A program made the position numbers and the translations under genes. 32,000 nt of DNA from Candidatus Electronema halotolerans (lineage in GTDB: Bacteria > Desulfobacterota > Desulfobulbia > Desulfobulbales > Desulfobulbaceae): contig OW818675.1 of NCBI GenBank assembly GCA_942493095.1, forward strand, positions 3,167,951 through 3,199,950, given 5' to 3'. Positions 1-9,022 of the stretch are shown piece by piece. The notes under the pieces are model-generated. The model made no database searches, was not told where the DNA came from, and saw nothing but the letters and a program-made list of their open reading frames with translations. Every line of letters starts with the position of its first letter. Position 1 is the first letter of the stretch.

Positions 1-2
1 AC

Positions 3-215
3 ACAATCAACGAGCTTCCCTCCGGTTCGTATAAAATTCTCTTTTACGACCAAAATGGCGATGCTGGCCAATGGTACAACCGCAAGGCTGAGGCTGTCTG
101 CGCCGATGCAGTTTCAGAAACAGCATCTGGCATTGATGCCGCCTTCCCGGTTTCGCTTCGGCAGTGCGGCGACAGACCGACGATTCTGCCTGCAATCAAG
201 CTGCTGCTGAACTGA
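3..215 (+). CDS. 3' end of a secreted/surface repeat-domain protein (partial, start lies outside the window)
   Basis: Frame 3 is open from the window edge to TGA at 213-215. The translation ...SGSYKILFYDQNGDAGQWYNRKAEAVCADAVSETASGIDAAFPVSL... looks like the G-x-Y-x-[IV]-x-F...WYN...A..V.V....T.GI-D-A unit of carboxypeptidase-regulatory-like/Ig-like surface domains. It is absent from the ORF track because there is no start codon in the window. Confidence 0.4.
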   Translation, partial: TINELPSGSYKILFYDQNGDAGQWYNRKAEAVCADAVSETASGIDAAFPVSLRQCGDRPTILPAIKLLLN

Positions 216-282
216 AGGTCTCGCTTCCTGAGCGAAGCCGAAGAGGTGTCGGCTCCGCTCAACCACCTGACTCAGTGTCAGC

Positions 283-981
283 TCACTCCTCGTAAATGGC
301 CAGATTGGTGTTGAATTCCAGCCGCTCCAGCTCCCCGTCCTGGGTCACAGCTCTGGCGATTATTTCCCCAAAGCGGCGGGCCTCATTGAGTTGCTGGCGG
401 GTGTGGCCATATTTCGGATAATGCTCTTTCATCCACGACATCCGCTCTGGCGTTTCTCCGGCCAGCTTGAGAAATACACCGATAGTCCGCCACGGCTCCT
501 TGCTGGTGTGGGTGAAAATGATGCCGTTTGGCACCCGTGCGCCCAGATTTTTCAGCAGTGACTTGATGCCCCACCAGTGCAGGCGCCAGAAGCCCCGGCA
601 GGAGATGACCGGAATCACGTTCTGCTGGGCGAAAAGCCGCTGGCCGTCCCGATCCAGCAGGGAAAGCACCGGGCCGCTGGGATTGTAGGACCACGTCGGC
701 CCGGCGAGAATGATCAGATCATACGGCTCAAAGCAGTGTTCCGGCAGCGGCTCAATTGGGATGCGCTGCCGGAACAGGGTGACGATCATCTTTTTGAACG
801 TCTTGGGAATGGTGCCAATGGGAAAATGCTGGGGAATGGCCGGAACCAAGTACTCGCAGACCACCTCAGCCTCATACTCGGCCATGCCGTCCAGCAGGGC
901 GTGGACAAGATTTTTGGTCTGGGAGCTGAAGGAATAATAGAGAACAAGAATACGCTTCTGCTGCGCCGTGCTGCCGCTCAT
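283..981 (-). CDS. flavodoxin-like fold protein, function unknown
   Basis: 232-aa ORF. The N-terminus KRILVLYYSFSSQTKNLV is a flavodoxin-type beta1-loop. Later segments are PYDLIILAGPTW and VISCRGFW. AAAGG lies 6 nt upstream of the ATG. It is separated from dsrJ by a strong terminator, so it is its own transcription unit. Confidence 0.7.
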   Translation of the reverse strand: MSGSTAQQKRILVLYYSFSSQTKNLVHALLDGMAEYEAEVVCEYLVPAIPQHFPIGTIPKTFKKMIVTLFRQRIPIEPLPEHCFEPYDLIILAGPTWSYNPSGPVLSLLDRDGQRLFAQQNVIPVISCRGFWRLHWWGIKSLLKNLGARVPNGIIFTHTSKEPWRTIGVFLKLAGETPERMSWMKEHYPKYGHTRQQLNEARRFGEIIARAVTQDGELERLEFNTNLAIYEE

Positions 982-1068
982 GGGATACCTTTGCTTGATT
1001 AAAGCAGATGAAATTGATCATTTTTATTGATAAGCAAAGGAAAGATATTTTACCACAGAATTGGAAAG

Positions 1069-1102
1069 AAAAAAAGCCTCCTGATCAAAATGATCAGGAG
1101 GC
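1069..1102 (-). terminator. rho-independent terminator downstream of dsrJ
   Basis: A perfect 11-bp stem (gcctcctgatc 1076-1086 / gatcaggaggc 1092-1102) encloses a 5-nt loop. On the minus strand the stem is followed by a run of 7 U (A-run 1069-1075 on the plus strand). It starts 37 nt after the dsrJ stop. Confidence 0.85.
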
Positions 1103-1138
1103 CGGGAAGATCATCGCTTCCTGCGGAAGACCGTCCCG

Positions 1139-1552
1139 CTACTTCTTGTGGTGACAAGTCCAGCAGTCCGGGATCGTCACTGCTGCATGAGCATGACAGC
1201 TATCGCAGAACTGCTCCTTAGTGCCGTGGCAAGTCAGACAGCTCATAGTCGGCTTCTGTCCGGCCTTGGCAGGATCGTAACCTTGGGCGGTAACATGAAT
1301 ATCCTTGATCATATCCATGTGTTTCGCACGCATTTCTTCAGTAGTAAGGGCATGTTGTGCTCCATTTGGAAAACTTTTCATACCCATGCTTTGAAGCATA
1401 TTATCAAAAGCCTTGTGGCTTTCGGCTATCTTATTGTTTGTAGCTGGCGGCACTGCACCAGCATCGCCAATAAGATTGTTGTACCAAAAGGGAAACGTGA
1501 TCAGCAGAACGAAGATCAACAGTCCCGGTATGATTTTGCCGCTGTCGTACAT
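1139..1552 (-). CDS. dsrJ: DsrJ, membrane-anchored periplasmic trihaem cytochrome c
   Basis: 137 aa. N-terminal anchor MYDSGKIIPGLLIFVLLITFPFWYN. Three CxxCH motifs are clustered at the C-terminus (CLTCH, CDSCH, CWTCH). It begins 18 nt downstream of dsrK. Confidence 0.85.
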   Translation of the reverse strand: MYDSGKIIPGLLIFVLLITFPFWYNNLIGDAGAVPPATNNKIAESHKAFDNMLQSMGMKSFPNGAQHALTTEEMRAKHMDMIKDIHVTAQGYDPAKAGQKPTMSCLTCHGTKEQFCDSCHAHAAVTIPDCWTCHHKK

Positions 1553-1570
1553 ATTATCCTCCGTTCTTGC

Positions 1571-3202
1571 TTAGACCAGCGTCCGCAGACCCTCGGTCAG
1601 TTCCTGTCTGTTTTCGCCTTCAATAACCAGCGCATTGCCAACCAGCTCGCTCACGCCTGCCACCTGCACTTGCGGGACCCAGTATTCCATCAGAGTGGTC
1701 AGGGTGGCCCGGTCAATGGCGCAGACGCAGGCCAAGGTGTTGATGGCATGCTGGTCATAGACATGCTTGACCGCATTGGCGCGGGGCAGGCCGGAGCGCA
1801 TCCGCAGCTCCATGATCTCCTCGGTGTTCAGGGCCGTGCCGGAACCGCAGCAGAAGGTTTTCTCGCGGATGGTGTTTTCCGGCATCTCGTGCCATTCGTC
1901 GAGCACGTTGTCCAAGATGTAGCGCGGCTCCTCCAGCAGGCCCATCGCTCTGGCCGGGTTGCAGGAGTCATGGAAGGTGGCCTTGACATGCGCATTGCGG
2001 CTCTTGTCCAGCTTGATCTTGCCGTGCTTGATCAGGTCGGCAGTGAACTCGCTGATATGGACCATCTTGGTTGAGGCGGCATTGTCAAAGACGGTGCCGG
2101 TCAGCGGCGACTTGGGCACTTCAAGGAAGTCTGCCGGGCCGTTCATGGTGTCCATATACTGATGAATGACGCGCCACATGTGGCCGCACTCGCCGCCAAG
2201 AATCCACTTCACGCCCAGCCGCTTGGCCTCAGCATACATCTTGGCGTTCAGCTTCTTCATCATCTCGTTGGAGGTGAAGAGGCCAAAGTTGCCGCCCTCA
2301 GAGGCGTAGGTTGACCATGTGTAATCCAAGCCGATGGCTTCAAAAAGCAGGAGATAGCCCATGCAGGTGAAAATGCCCGGCTCGGCAAACACATCTGCGG
2401 ACGGGGTGATGAACAGCACTTCCGCGCCCTTGCGGTTGAAGCTGGGATTGACCTTGACTCCGGTCAGATTCTCGATGTCCTCGCAGAGAAATTCAACATT
2501 GCCCTTGAAGGCCTGCGGGGTCAGTCCCATGTGGTTGCCAGTCCGGTTCGAGTTGGCAACCGGCTCCATAGCCCAGTTGATGCCGCAGCCGACCAAATGG
2601 AGCAGCTCGCGCAGCATCATGGTGATCTCGGCAGTGTCAATGCCGTAAGGGCAGAAAACTGAGCAACGGCGGCACTCTGTGCATTGATAGGCGTACATGA
2701 ACCACTCTTTCAGCACGCCAACGGTCATCTCGCGCCCGCCCGCCATTTTGCCGAGCAGCTTGCCTGCCAAGGTGAATTCTTGGCGATAGACCGAGCGCAG
2801 CAGCTCGGCCCGCAGCACCGGCATGTTCTTGGGGTCGCCCGTGCCAAGAAAGAAATGGCATTTGTCCGCGCAGGCGCCGCAGCGGACGCAGCAGTCCATG
2901 AAAATCTTCAGAGAACGGAAGCGGTCAAGGCGGTCTGCCAGCCCCTTGATGATAATCTCCTTCCAGTTCTCCGGCAGCTTCCAGTCTTCATCTTCTGGAT
3001 TCCAAGCGCGGGCGTTGGGAAAGCTCACACCCTGCTGGCTGTTGAGATATTCCAGTTTTTCCGGCTTGGTTGGATAGGCATAGTTGCCCGGCTTGAACAC
3101 TGCCGGGATGTCCATCCACTCTTTTTCCGGCATTGAGCCGGTCATCAGCGTCGGCTCTTCGACCACGCTCTTTGCCAGCTCATCCTTTTTTATGACGGCC
3201 AT
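1571..3202 (-). CDS. dsrK: DsrK, HdrD-like Fe-S/CCG-domain catalytic subunit of the Dsr membrane complex
   Basis: 543 aa. Two ferredoxin-type CX2CX2CX3C motifs (CVRCGACADKC, CTECRRCSVFC) are followed by a CCG-type cysteine motif (FCCGSG). It sits between the NarI-like dsrM and the trihaem dsrJ. Confidence 0.9.
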   Translation of the reverse strand: MAVIKKDELAKSVVEEPTLMTGSMPEKEWMDIPAVFKPGNYAYPTKPEKLEYLNSQQGVSFPNARAWNPEDEDWKLPENWKEIIIKGLADRLDRFRSLKIFMDCCVRCGACADKCHFFLGTGDPKNMPVLRAELLRSVYRQEFTLAGKLLGKMAGGREMTVGVLKEWFMYAYQCTECRRCSVFCPYGIDTAEITMMLRELLHLVGCGINWAMEPVANSNRTGNHMGLTPQAFKGNVEFLCEDIENLTGVKVNPSFNRKGAEVLFITPSADVFAEPGIFTCMGYLLLFEAIGLDYTWSTYASEGGNFGLFTSNEMMKKLNAKMYAEAKRLGVKWILGGECGHMWRVIHQYMDTMNGPADFLEVPKSPLTGTVFDNAASTKMVHISEFTADLIKHGKIKLDKSRNAHVKATFHDSCNPARAMGLLEEPRYILDNVLDEWHEMPENTIREKTFCCGSGTALNTEEIMELRMRSGLPRANAVKHVYDQHAINTLACVCAIDRATLTTLMEYWVPQVQVAGVSELVGNALVIEGENRQELTEGLRTLV

Positions 3203-3225
3203 TGTGATTATTCCTTATGCACCTG

Positions 3226-4251
3226 TTATTCGTCAGCCTTTTCAGGCAGTTCCTTTTCCACCGGGATGCCCTGCTCAACCATGTCCGCCCGGAATTCGTC
3301 CTCGTAACCAGCATAAGAATGGGGCTTGATGTCCGGGTTCCACGGATTGATGTGCCGCCGCATCCTGCTGTCATTGGCCAAGTTGCGGGTCGGACTGAGA
3401 AAAACCCCGCCCATGTGCATCAACTTGGAAAAGGGGAAGTAGGCCAGCAGGCAGGAAACTAAGAAGAGATGTATGTAGAATATCGAGGCAATCTCAGCAG
3501 GGACAACCGGCTTGAAGGTGGTCAGGCCGACCGCCAAGTTCTTAATGGCAATGATATCAACACCGCTACGCAGGAAGTAGCGCATCAGGATGCCGGTAAG
3601 GGCAATGCCGATCAGGAGGAAAAGCGGGAAATAGTCGTTGGCCAAGGAGATGTAATTCACCGGTTTGATCAGGAAACGGCGGAGCAGCAGAGCCAGCAGG
3701 CCGATGAGGATCAGCGCGTCCGTGACATAAATGGACAGCTCCGGGGTCAGATGGAGGGAAAATCCGTCCAAGGCATCCAGCCCGCTGATCAGGAAGGGCA
3801 CCGGCTCCACAAAGAGGCGCAGATGACGGAGCAGGATGATCAACATGCTGTAATGGAAGAGAATGCCGAAAAGCCAGAGCCATCTGGTCGCCTTGTAGCT
3901 CAGAACCGGGCCAGGCTTGATGCTGGCCTTGGTGTTGCGCCAGAGGGAGCGGAAGAGGAAAATCTCCATGAACATCCGGCCCAGCACTTCACCGGTGCTC
4001 AACGGCGCTTCCAGCTTGTCCCGCTTCACCCACGGCATGGAATAGCCCTGCCCGCAGGTGGTCGGGATTCTGAACGGCACTGGCGATCTGGCCCAATAGA
4101 GGACCCGCCAGCAGAAGCCGCCGATAAAGAGAAGCAGGGCCGCGTAGGGCACCACAACACCGAACAGGTATTGCAGGCCGGGGATCACGGACCCTATCCA
4201 TGCAATCACCGCCAAGACGATGACCGCAGCCAAGGGGAAGATGTACTTCAT
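3226..4251 (-). CDS. dsrM: DsrM, NarI/HdrE-like dihaem b membrane subunit
   Basis: 341 aa, polytopic and hydrophobic throughout. The N-terminus MKYIFPLAAVIVLAVIAW...WRVLYWARSPVPFRIPTTCGQ is typical of DsrM/NarI-like proteins. There is a 23-nt gap to dsrK. Confidence 0.9.
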   Translation of the reverse strand: MKYIFPLAAVIVLAVIAWIGSVIPGLQYLFGVVVPYAALLLFIGGFCWRVLYWARSPVPFRIPTTCGQGYSMPWVKRDKLEAPLSTGEVLGRMFMEIFLFRSLWRNTKASIKPGPVLSYKATRWLWLFGILFHYSMLIILLRHLRLFVEPVPFLISGLDALDGFSLHLTPELSIYVTDALILIGLLALLLRRFLIKPVNYISLANDYFPLFLLIGIALTGILMRYFLRSGVDIIAIKNLAVGLTTFKPVVPAEIASIFYIHLFLVSCLLAYFPFSKLMHMGGVFLSPTRNLANDSRMRRHINPWNPDIKPHSYAGYEDEFRADMVEQGIPVEKELPEKADE

Positions 4252-4301
4252 TGATCGCTCCCTTTTTTCAGATTGAAAAGGATAGAATATCTAAAGCATA
4301 T

Positions 4302-4865
4302 CTATGCTTTGTCCACTGGGCAATGCCTGTCTGGCGCGACCGTTTCCCGCAGGTTGTCCCGAATCAGGGCCGAGGCGCAGGATGCGTCTGTCAAAATATA
4401 GCTGCCGCTTTTCAGCTCCCGGATTCTCGCCTTATGGAGCCGATCCCGGCAATCCATGTAGATGTCAAAGGCTTGCAAAATCATCTTATCGACCGCGCAG
4501 GCAAAAGGCAGCAGCTCGGCCTCGGCAAGCAGTTCCCGGCAGTCTTCATCAGCGGAGAACACCTGCCGCACTGCTGTTTTCAGCTCCAGCAGCGGCCCGA
4601 CCGCCTGCGACGGCGTGAACTCCTGCACCGCCCGGATGCGGATGATTTGGTCGAGCGGTGCAGCAAAGGCCTGCGCATCGGCTCCGGCCACAAGCAGCTG
4701 GAACAGCTTGGTCAGCCCTTCCCGAATATTGCCGCCAACCGGATTGGCGAACCGGTCGAGCGACTTTTTGAAAAAGTCAGAGGAAATGTAGGTGTCCAGC
4801 ACCCGCTCTGTCCATAAGGCGAGGATTTTCGCCTCGTTATGCCGCAATGCCTCTGTTGTGTTCAT
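4302..4865 (-). CDS. RsbRD N-terminal domain protein (frequent companion of dsrMK loci)
   Basis: 187-aa soluble helical ORF 50 nt upstream of dsrM, same strand. The start NTTEALRHNEAKILALWTERVLDTY...FANPVGGNI resembles the RsbRD_N-type proteins that precede dsrMK(JOP) in sulfate reducers (from memory). Confidence 0.7.
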   Translation of the reverse strand: MNTTEALRHNEAKILALWTERVLDTYISSDFFKKSLDRFANPVGGNIREGLTKLFQLLVAGADAQAFAAPLDQIIRIRAVQEFTPSQAVGPLLELKTAVRQVFSADEDCRELLAEAELLPFACAVDKMILQAFDIYMDCRDRLHKARIRELKSGSYILTDASCASALIRDNLRETVAPDRHCPVDKA

Positions 4866-4917
4866 TATAGTGAAGTCCTTGCTCTATCATGATTGACCGC
4901 TGATTGCAAGCAAAATG

Positions 4918-7050
4918 TCATTTTTTGCTCCGAGCGGCTGCCTGCGCCACAGCAGCGGAACTGTCCATAAGATGGAGGGATAAATCGGCATACGGATCAT
5001 CAGCCAGCTCCTCGTCCAGACTTTTTTTCTCAATGCCTGGCTCATCATCCGCCTCCTCATCAACACCGCCGATTTTCTCAGCCTCTTTCAGCTCCTTCCG
5101 CTCCTGCAGCACCCCAGCCAAATACACCGGCACCATGCTGTCCTCTTTGCGCGCTTTGGCCCGCAGGCTTTCTGTCTGTATTTTTTGGAATTTTTTGCTG
5201 GCCGCCAAGTAGCTGGCACTTTTCAGCCGGGCTTCGTTCGAATCGAGCCTGGCTCCGTGCCAAGGCTTGTATTTGACCGGGGCCACCTGGTCCCAAGGCA
5301 GGGAGTTGTCCAAATACTGCTCGCCAGTCTCCAAATAATCCAGAATACTTGGCAGCACCACATCCGGGATGATGCCCTTGTACTGGGTGGAGCTGCCCGT
5401 GATTCGGTAAAATTTCTGAATCGTGATCTTGAGCGCGCCGAGATCGTCGTATTTCCTTCTGAAGAGCAGAGGCAGGTTGCGGTTCAGATCAACCAGCGTC
5501 TGCACCGTGCCCTTGCCGTGCGTGTGCGCTCCGCCGACAATCAGCGCTCTGCCATAGTCTTGCAGGGCGCCGGCCAGAATTTCTGAAGCTGAGGCGGCAA
5601 ACTGATTGACCAGCACCAGCATCGGGCCGTCATAGACAAGCCCGTTGTCCTCATCCTCCAGCACCAGCATCTGGCCTTCCGAATTTTTGATCTGCACCAC
5701 TGGTCCGCCAGGCAGGAACAGGCCGGAGACCTCGACCGCATCAGCCAAGGAGCCGCCGCCATTGTTGCGCAGGTCAAGGATCAGTCCGGCAATGCCCTTC
5801 TTTTTCAACTTGCGCAGCTCGCTGCGGGTGTCATCCGTGACATTGCGGGACGCATCACCGTGCTGTCCTCCTGAAAAATCCCGATAAAAGGTCGGAATCT
5901 TCAGATAGCCTATTTTGTGTCCCTTGTCGTCCTTCAATACTGTTGATTTGACGAAGGTTTCCTCCAGCTTGACCACATCCCGGATGATGGGGATCACCAA
6001 GCGGCTGCCGTCAGACTGAACAACCGTCAGGCGCACCTCAGTGCCTTTGGGGCCGCGAATATAGGCAACCGCCTCCCTGATGCTCATTGAGGAAATATCG
6101 ACTGGCTCGCCGTCCTTTTCCGCCACTGCCAAGATAATATCCTCAGCTTGGAGCTGGCCCTGCGCCGCTGCCGGACTGCCGGGAATAATGTTCACCACTT
6201 TGATATGGCCGTCATCCTCCCGCAGCAAGGCGCCAATGCCTTCGAGCGAGCCGCTCATGTGGATGTCAAAATCCTCTTTGGACTCAGGGGCCATGTAGTC
6301 GGTATGCGGATCAAAGGACTTGGCAATGGCCTCGAAATAGCGGTTGCAATGCTCCTGGCGGCTGATTTTCCGCAGTCTGCTCAGATACTGATCATTTTTT
6401 TTCCGCACCTTTTCCAGGGCTGCTTTCCACAGCTTCTGATCAACTGTGATGCGTTCTTCAGCAGGCGGAGTCAGCTTTTTTTCCGACTTTTTGGCAGCAT
6501 CTTTTTTCTGTTCGTTGTCACGCTCCTCAAGATAGGTTTCAATGGTCTCCAGCTTGAGGGAAAGCCGCCAGCGTTCACGCAGCTCTTCCTTGCTGGCCGC
6601 CCAAGTGATTTTATCAGGATCACTCTGGAGCGACTCCTCCCGATTGGGATCAAAACCAGCCGCCAGTATCTCCTTGATCATTTTGCCGACCTCCTTGGCC
6701 CGCCGGTTGAGCAGGCCCCGGCCCGCATCAGGCAGGAGAAGATGGCCCTCTTTAACTTCATCGTCGATTTTGTCGCCAAATTCATTGAGCTGCTGCACAT
6801 CGGAAGCAAGCAGGAACTGTTTGCGCGGATCAAGCTGTTTGAGGTACAGATCATAGGCCGCCCGTGACATCCGGTCATTGCAGGTCTTATGAGAGAAATG
6901 CTGGGCAGGCAGCTGATGGCAGAGCATGGAGGCGATCAGACGGTTCCGGTCCGCATCAAATTCTGGAGGCGGGGCCGTTTTGCTGTGCGCGAACGAGCTG
7001 ATGAGCAGGGAAAGCAGAAATCCGCTGATAAGGAAACGATGCAGCCGCAT
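4918..7050 (-). CDS. S41 carboxy-terminal processing (tail-specific, Prc-like) protease
   Basis: The ORF is open to 7140, but the signal peptide MRLHRFLISGFLLSLLISSFAHS begins at ATG 7050, with GGAG 9 nt upstream. PDZ-like segment GIGALLREDDGHIKVVNIIPGSPAAAQG. S41 catalytic segments LDLRNNGGGSL and SASASEILAGALQDYGRALIVG..THGKGTVQ. Confidence 0.85.
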   Translation of the reverse strand: MRLHRFLISGFLLSLLISSFAHSKTAPPPEFDADRNRLIASMLCHQLPAQHFSHKTCNDRMSRAAYDLYLKQLDPRKQFLLASDVQQLNEFGDKIDDEVKEGHLLLPDAGRGLLNRRAKEVGKMIKEILAAGFDPNREESLQSDPDKITWAASKEELRERWRLSLKLETIETYLEERDNEQKKDAAKKSEKKLTPPAEERITVDQKLWKAALEKVRKKNDQYLSRLRKISRQEHCNRYFEAIAKSFDPHTDYMAPESKEDFDIHMSGSLEGIGALLREDDGHIKVVNIIPGSPAAAQGQLQAEDIILAVAEKDGEPVDISSMSIREAVAYIRGPKGTEVRLTVVQSDGSRLVIPIIRDVVKLEETFVKSTVLKDDKGHKIGYLKIPTFYRDFSGGQHGDASRNVTDDTRSELRKLKKKGIAGLILDLRNNGGGSLADAVEVSGLFLPGGPVVQIKNSEGQMLVLEDEDNGLVYDGPMLVLVNQFAASASEILAGALQDYGRALIVGGAHTHGKGTVQTLVDLNRNLPLLFRRKYDDLGALKITIQKFYRITGSSTQYKGIIPDVVLPSILDYLETGEQYLDNSLPWDQVAPVKYKPWHGARLDSNEARLKSASYLAASKKFQKIQTESLRAKARKEDSMVPVYLAGVLQERKELKEAEKIGGVDEEADDEPGIEKKSLDEELADDPYADLSLHLMDSSAAVAQAAARSKK

Positions 7051-7351
7051 AAGACAGGACTCCAGAATAAATGCGGACAGACCGGGTAAAAATGGTCTGC
7101 CGGAACGGGATTGCAGGAAAAACAGGCCAGACTGAGTCATTCAATATGAATCGAGAAATAAGTTAAATACCATGCGTTGGCCCAAAAGTAAACAGGGAAA
7201 AGGGCAGAGATGCCTCAGCCGCGCTCTTCCGGCCTGACTGTGCTGTCAAGCGGCTTTTCTGCGCAGCAGGGCCGTTAGGTCAAAAAGCTGCTTGCGTCCC
7301 TTCCCGGCAAAATGGTAAACAAGACCGGAGCCTGCCTCAGTCTGTCGCCCC

Positions 7352-7367
7352 TGGCATTTTTTTGGCC
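7352..7367 (+). promoter_or_regulatory. candidate sigma-54 (-24/-12) promoter upstream of the DUF1015 gene
   Basis: tGGcatttttttgGCc, with GG at 7353-7354 and GC at 7365-7366. That is the canonical GG-N10-GC spacing, with TGGCA at -24. The -12 element is imperfect (TGGC rather than TTGC). It lies 37 nt upstream of ATG 7404. Confidence 0.3.
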
Positions 7368-7403
7368 AGACACGCACTTTTCATTTATCAGGAGAAACTT
7401 TTT

Positions 7404-8759
7404 ATGGCTGCTGTTGCCCCGTTCCGCGCCCTGCGCTACAACCCGGAAAAAATCACCCGGCTGGAAGATGTGATCACCCCGCCTTATGACATTATTTCTG
7501 CTGAGGACGGCGAAGAGCTGCGGCAGAAAAATCCCTATTCCATGATCAACCTTGACCTGCGCAACACCTCGCAGGATGAGACTGAGGATGATGGCCGCTA
7601 TCAGCAGGCCCGCGACCGCTTCATGTCGTGGGTGGAGGAGCAAGTTGTTGTCCGTGACCAACAGCCTGCCATTTACCTTTACGCCATTGATTATCAGCAT
7701 CCCAACGGCAAAATGCTGACCCGCAAGGGCATCGTCTGTCTGGTCGGGCTGGCTGAGTTCAGCGAGGGCATCGTCCGTCCGCACGAAAAAACCTTTGCCG
7801 GGGTGATCAGCGACCGGCTCAAGCTGCTGGAGACCTGCCAAGCTCAGTTCAGCAAGGTCTTTTCCATTTATGCCGATCCGCAGCAGGAGGTGATCCGCAC
7901 CTTGGAGCAGGCGCAGGAGAGCGCGCCCGTGCTGGAGGTCAAGGACAGCAACGCCAACAATCACAGCCTCTGGCGGGTCACGGACGCGGCGGCCATTGCC
8001 ACAGTGCGGCAGTTCTTTGCGAATAAGCCTGTTTATATTGCCGACGGCCATCACCGCTACACCACGGCCTTGGAGCTGCGCCGCCGCGCTTTGGCTGCTG
8101 ATCCTGATCTGCCTGCGGATGATCCGCGCAACTTCATGATGATGTATCTCTGCGGCTGCGAGGATCCGGGCCTGTCTGTCCTGCCCACCCACCGCCTTGT
8201 CCGCTGGCCCGGCACGATGAGCGCGGACCTGCTGGCTGACAAGCTGCGGACAGAGCTGACTGTCACCGAAGTCACGCAGAGCAGCCGGGAGAGCCTGATG
8301 GCTGAGACTTTCAACCGGATGGACGAGGCGGCAGCCAGCGGCCTGCCCGCCTTTGGGGTTTATCATGCCGGAGAGAACCGCGCCTTCCTGCTGACCTCGG
8401 CCAAGGAGACCCTTGCCAGCTTGGCCGACAAGCCGGAGGTGCTGCGCAGCTTGGATGTGGTGGTGCTGTCAGAGGTGCTGCTGGGCCGCTGTCTTGGCCT
8501 CAGCCATGAGCAGTGCGCCAAGGGCAGGCTGATCAGCTACTTGAGCGACCCGGATGAGGCCCTCGATGCGGCGGTCAAGGAGAGCGTCAATGACGGCCAT
8601 ACCCCACTGCTCTTCCTGCTCAATCCGACCAAAGTTGAGCAGGTGCTGCGGGTGGCGGACAGCGGCGAGATCATGCCCCACAAATCCACCTTCTTTTATC
8701 CAAAAATCCTCACTGGCCTGCTGATCAGGAAGCTGGATGAGGCCGTGCCGCTGCCATAG
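7404..8759 (+). CDS. DUF1015 family protein
   Basis: The start is set at ATG 7404 (AGGAGA 8 nt upstream) rather than the TTG at 7362. MAAVAPFRALRYNPEKI...TPPYDIIS...IADGHHRY are hallmark DUF1015 segments. Confidence 0.85.
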   Translation: MAAVAPFRALRYNPEKITRLEDVITPPYDIISAEDGEELRQKNPYSMINLDLRNTSQDETEDDGRYQQARDRFMSWVEEQVVVRDQQPAIYLYAIDYQHPNGKMLTRKGIVCLVGLAEFSEGIVRPHEKTFAGVISDRLKLLETCQAQFSKVFSIYADPQQEVIRTLEQAQESAPVLEVKDSNANNHSLWRVTDAAAIATVRQFFANKPVYIADGHHRYTTALELRRRALAADPDLPADDPRNFMMMYLCGCEDPGLSVLPTHRLVRWPGTMSADLLADKLRTELTVTEVTQSSRESLMAETFNRMDEAAASGLPAFGVYHAGENRAFLLTSAKETLASLADKPEVLRSLDVVVLSEVLLGRCLGLSHEQCAKGRLISYLSDPDEALDAAVKESVNDGHTPLLFLLNPTKVEQVLRVADSGEIMPHKSTFFYPKILTGLLIRKLDEAVPLP

Positions 8760-8781
8760 CAGCTTCCTGCTGCGGGGCTGA

Positions 8782-8982
8782 CACGGCAATCGCCGCCAGG
8801 GAACCTCCCCTGATCTCATTGACAACTGCCCGTACATCTACAACCCGCAGCAGGAGGACAGCGACAAGGATCATATCGGCGATGTCTGCGACAACTGCCC
8901 GCTCGTCGCCAACATAAATCAGAAGGACAGCGACCGGGACGGCGTGGGCGATGCCTGCTGCGAGCTGCTGCTGAAACATTAG
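8782..8982 (+). pseudogene. start-less remnant encoding two thrombospondin type-3-like Ca-binding repeats
   Basis: Frame 1 is open only from the TGA at 8779-8781 to the TAG at 8980-8982. It reads ...[53 protein letters not shown]. There is no ATG/GTG/TTG near the 5' end, and no SD. Confidence 0.5.
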
Positions 8983-9022
8983 CAGTTGAGGCCAGCAGCC
9001 CGCCGTTGTGTCGCAAGGAAAC

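Noticed and set aside
1148-2074. 308-aa plus-strand ORF
   Set aside because: It is entirely antisense to dsrJ/dsrK, which have clear motif support. Its composition is Arg/Ala/Gly-rich, typical of shadow ORFs in GC-rich coding DNA.
3469-4254. 261-aa plus-strand ORF
   Set aside because: It is antisense to dsrM, with hydrophilic low-complexity content and no recognisable motifs.
7275-8366. 363-aa minus-strand ORF
   Set aside because: It is antisense to the well-supported DUF1015 gene and is a shadow ORF.
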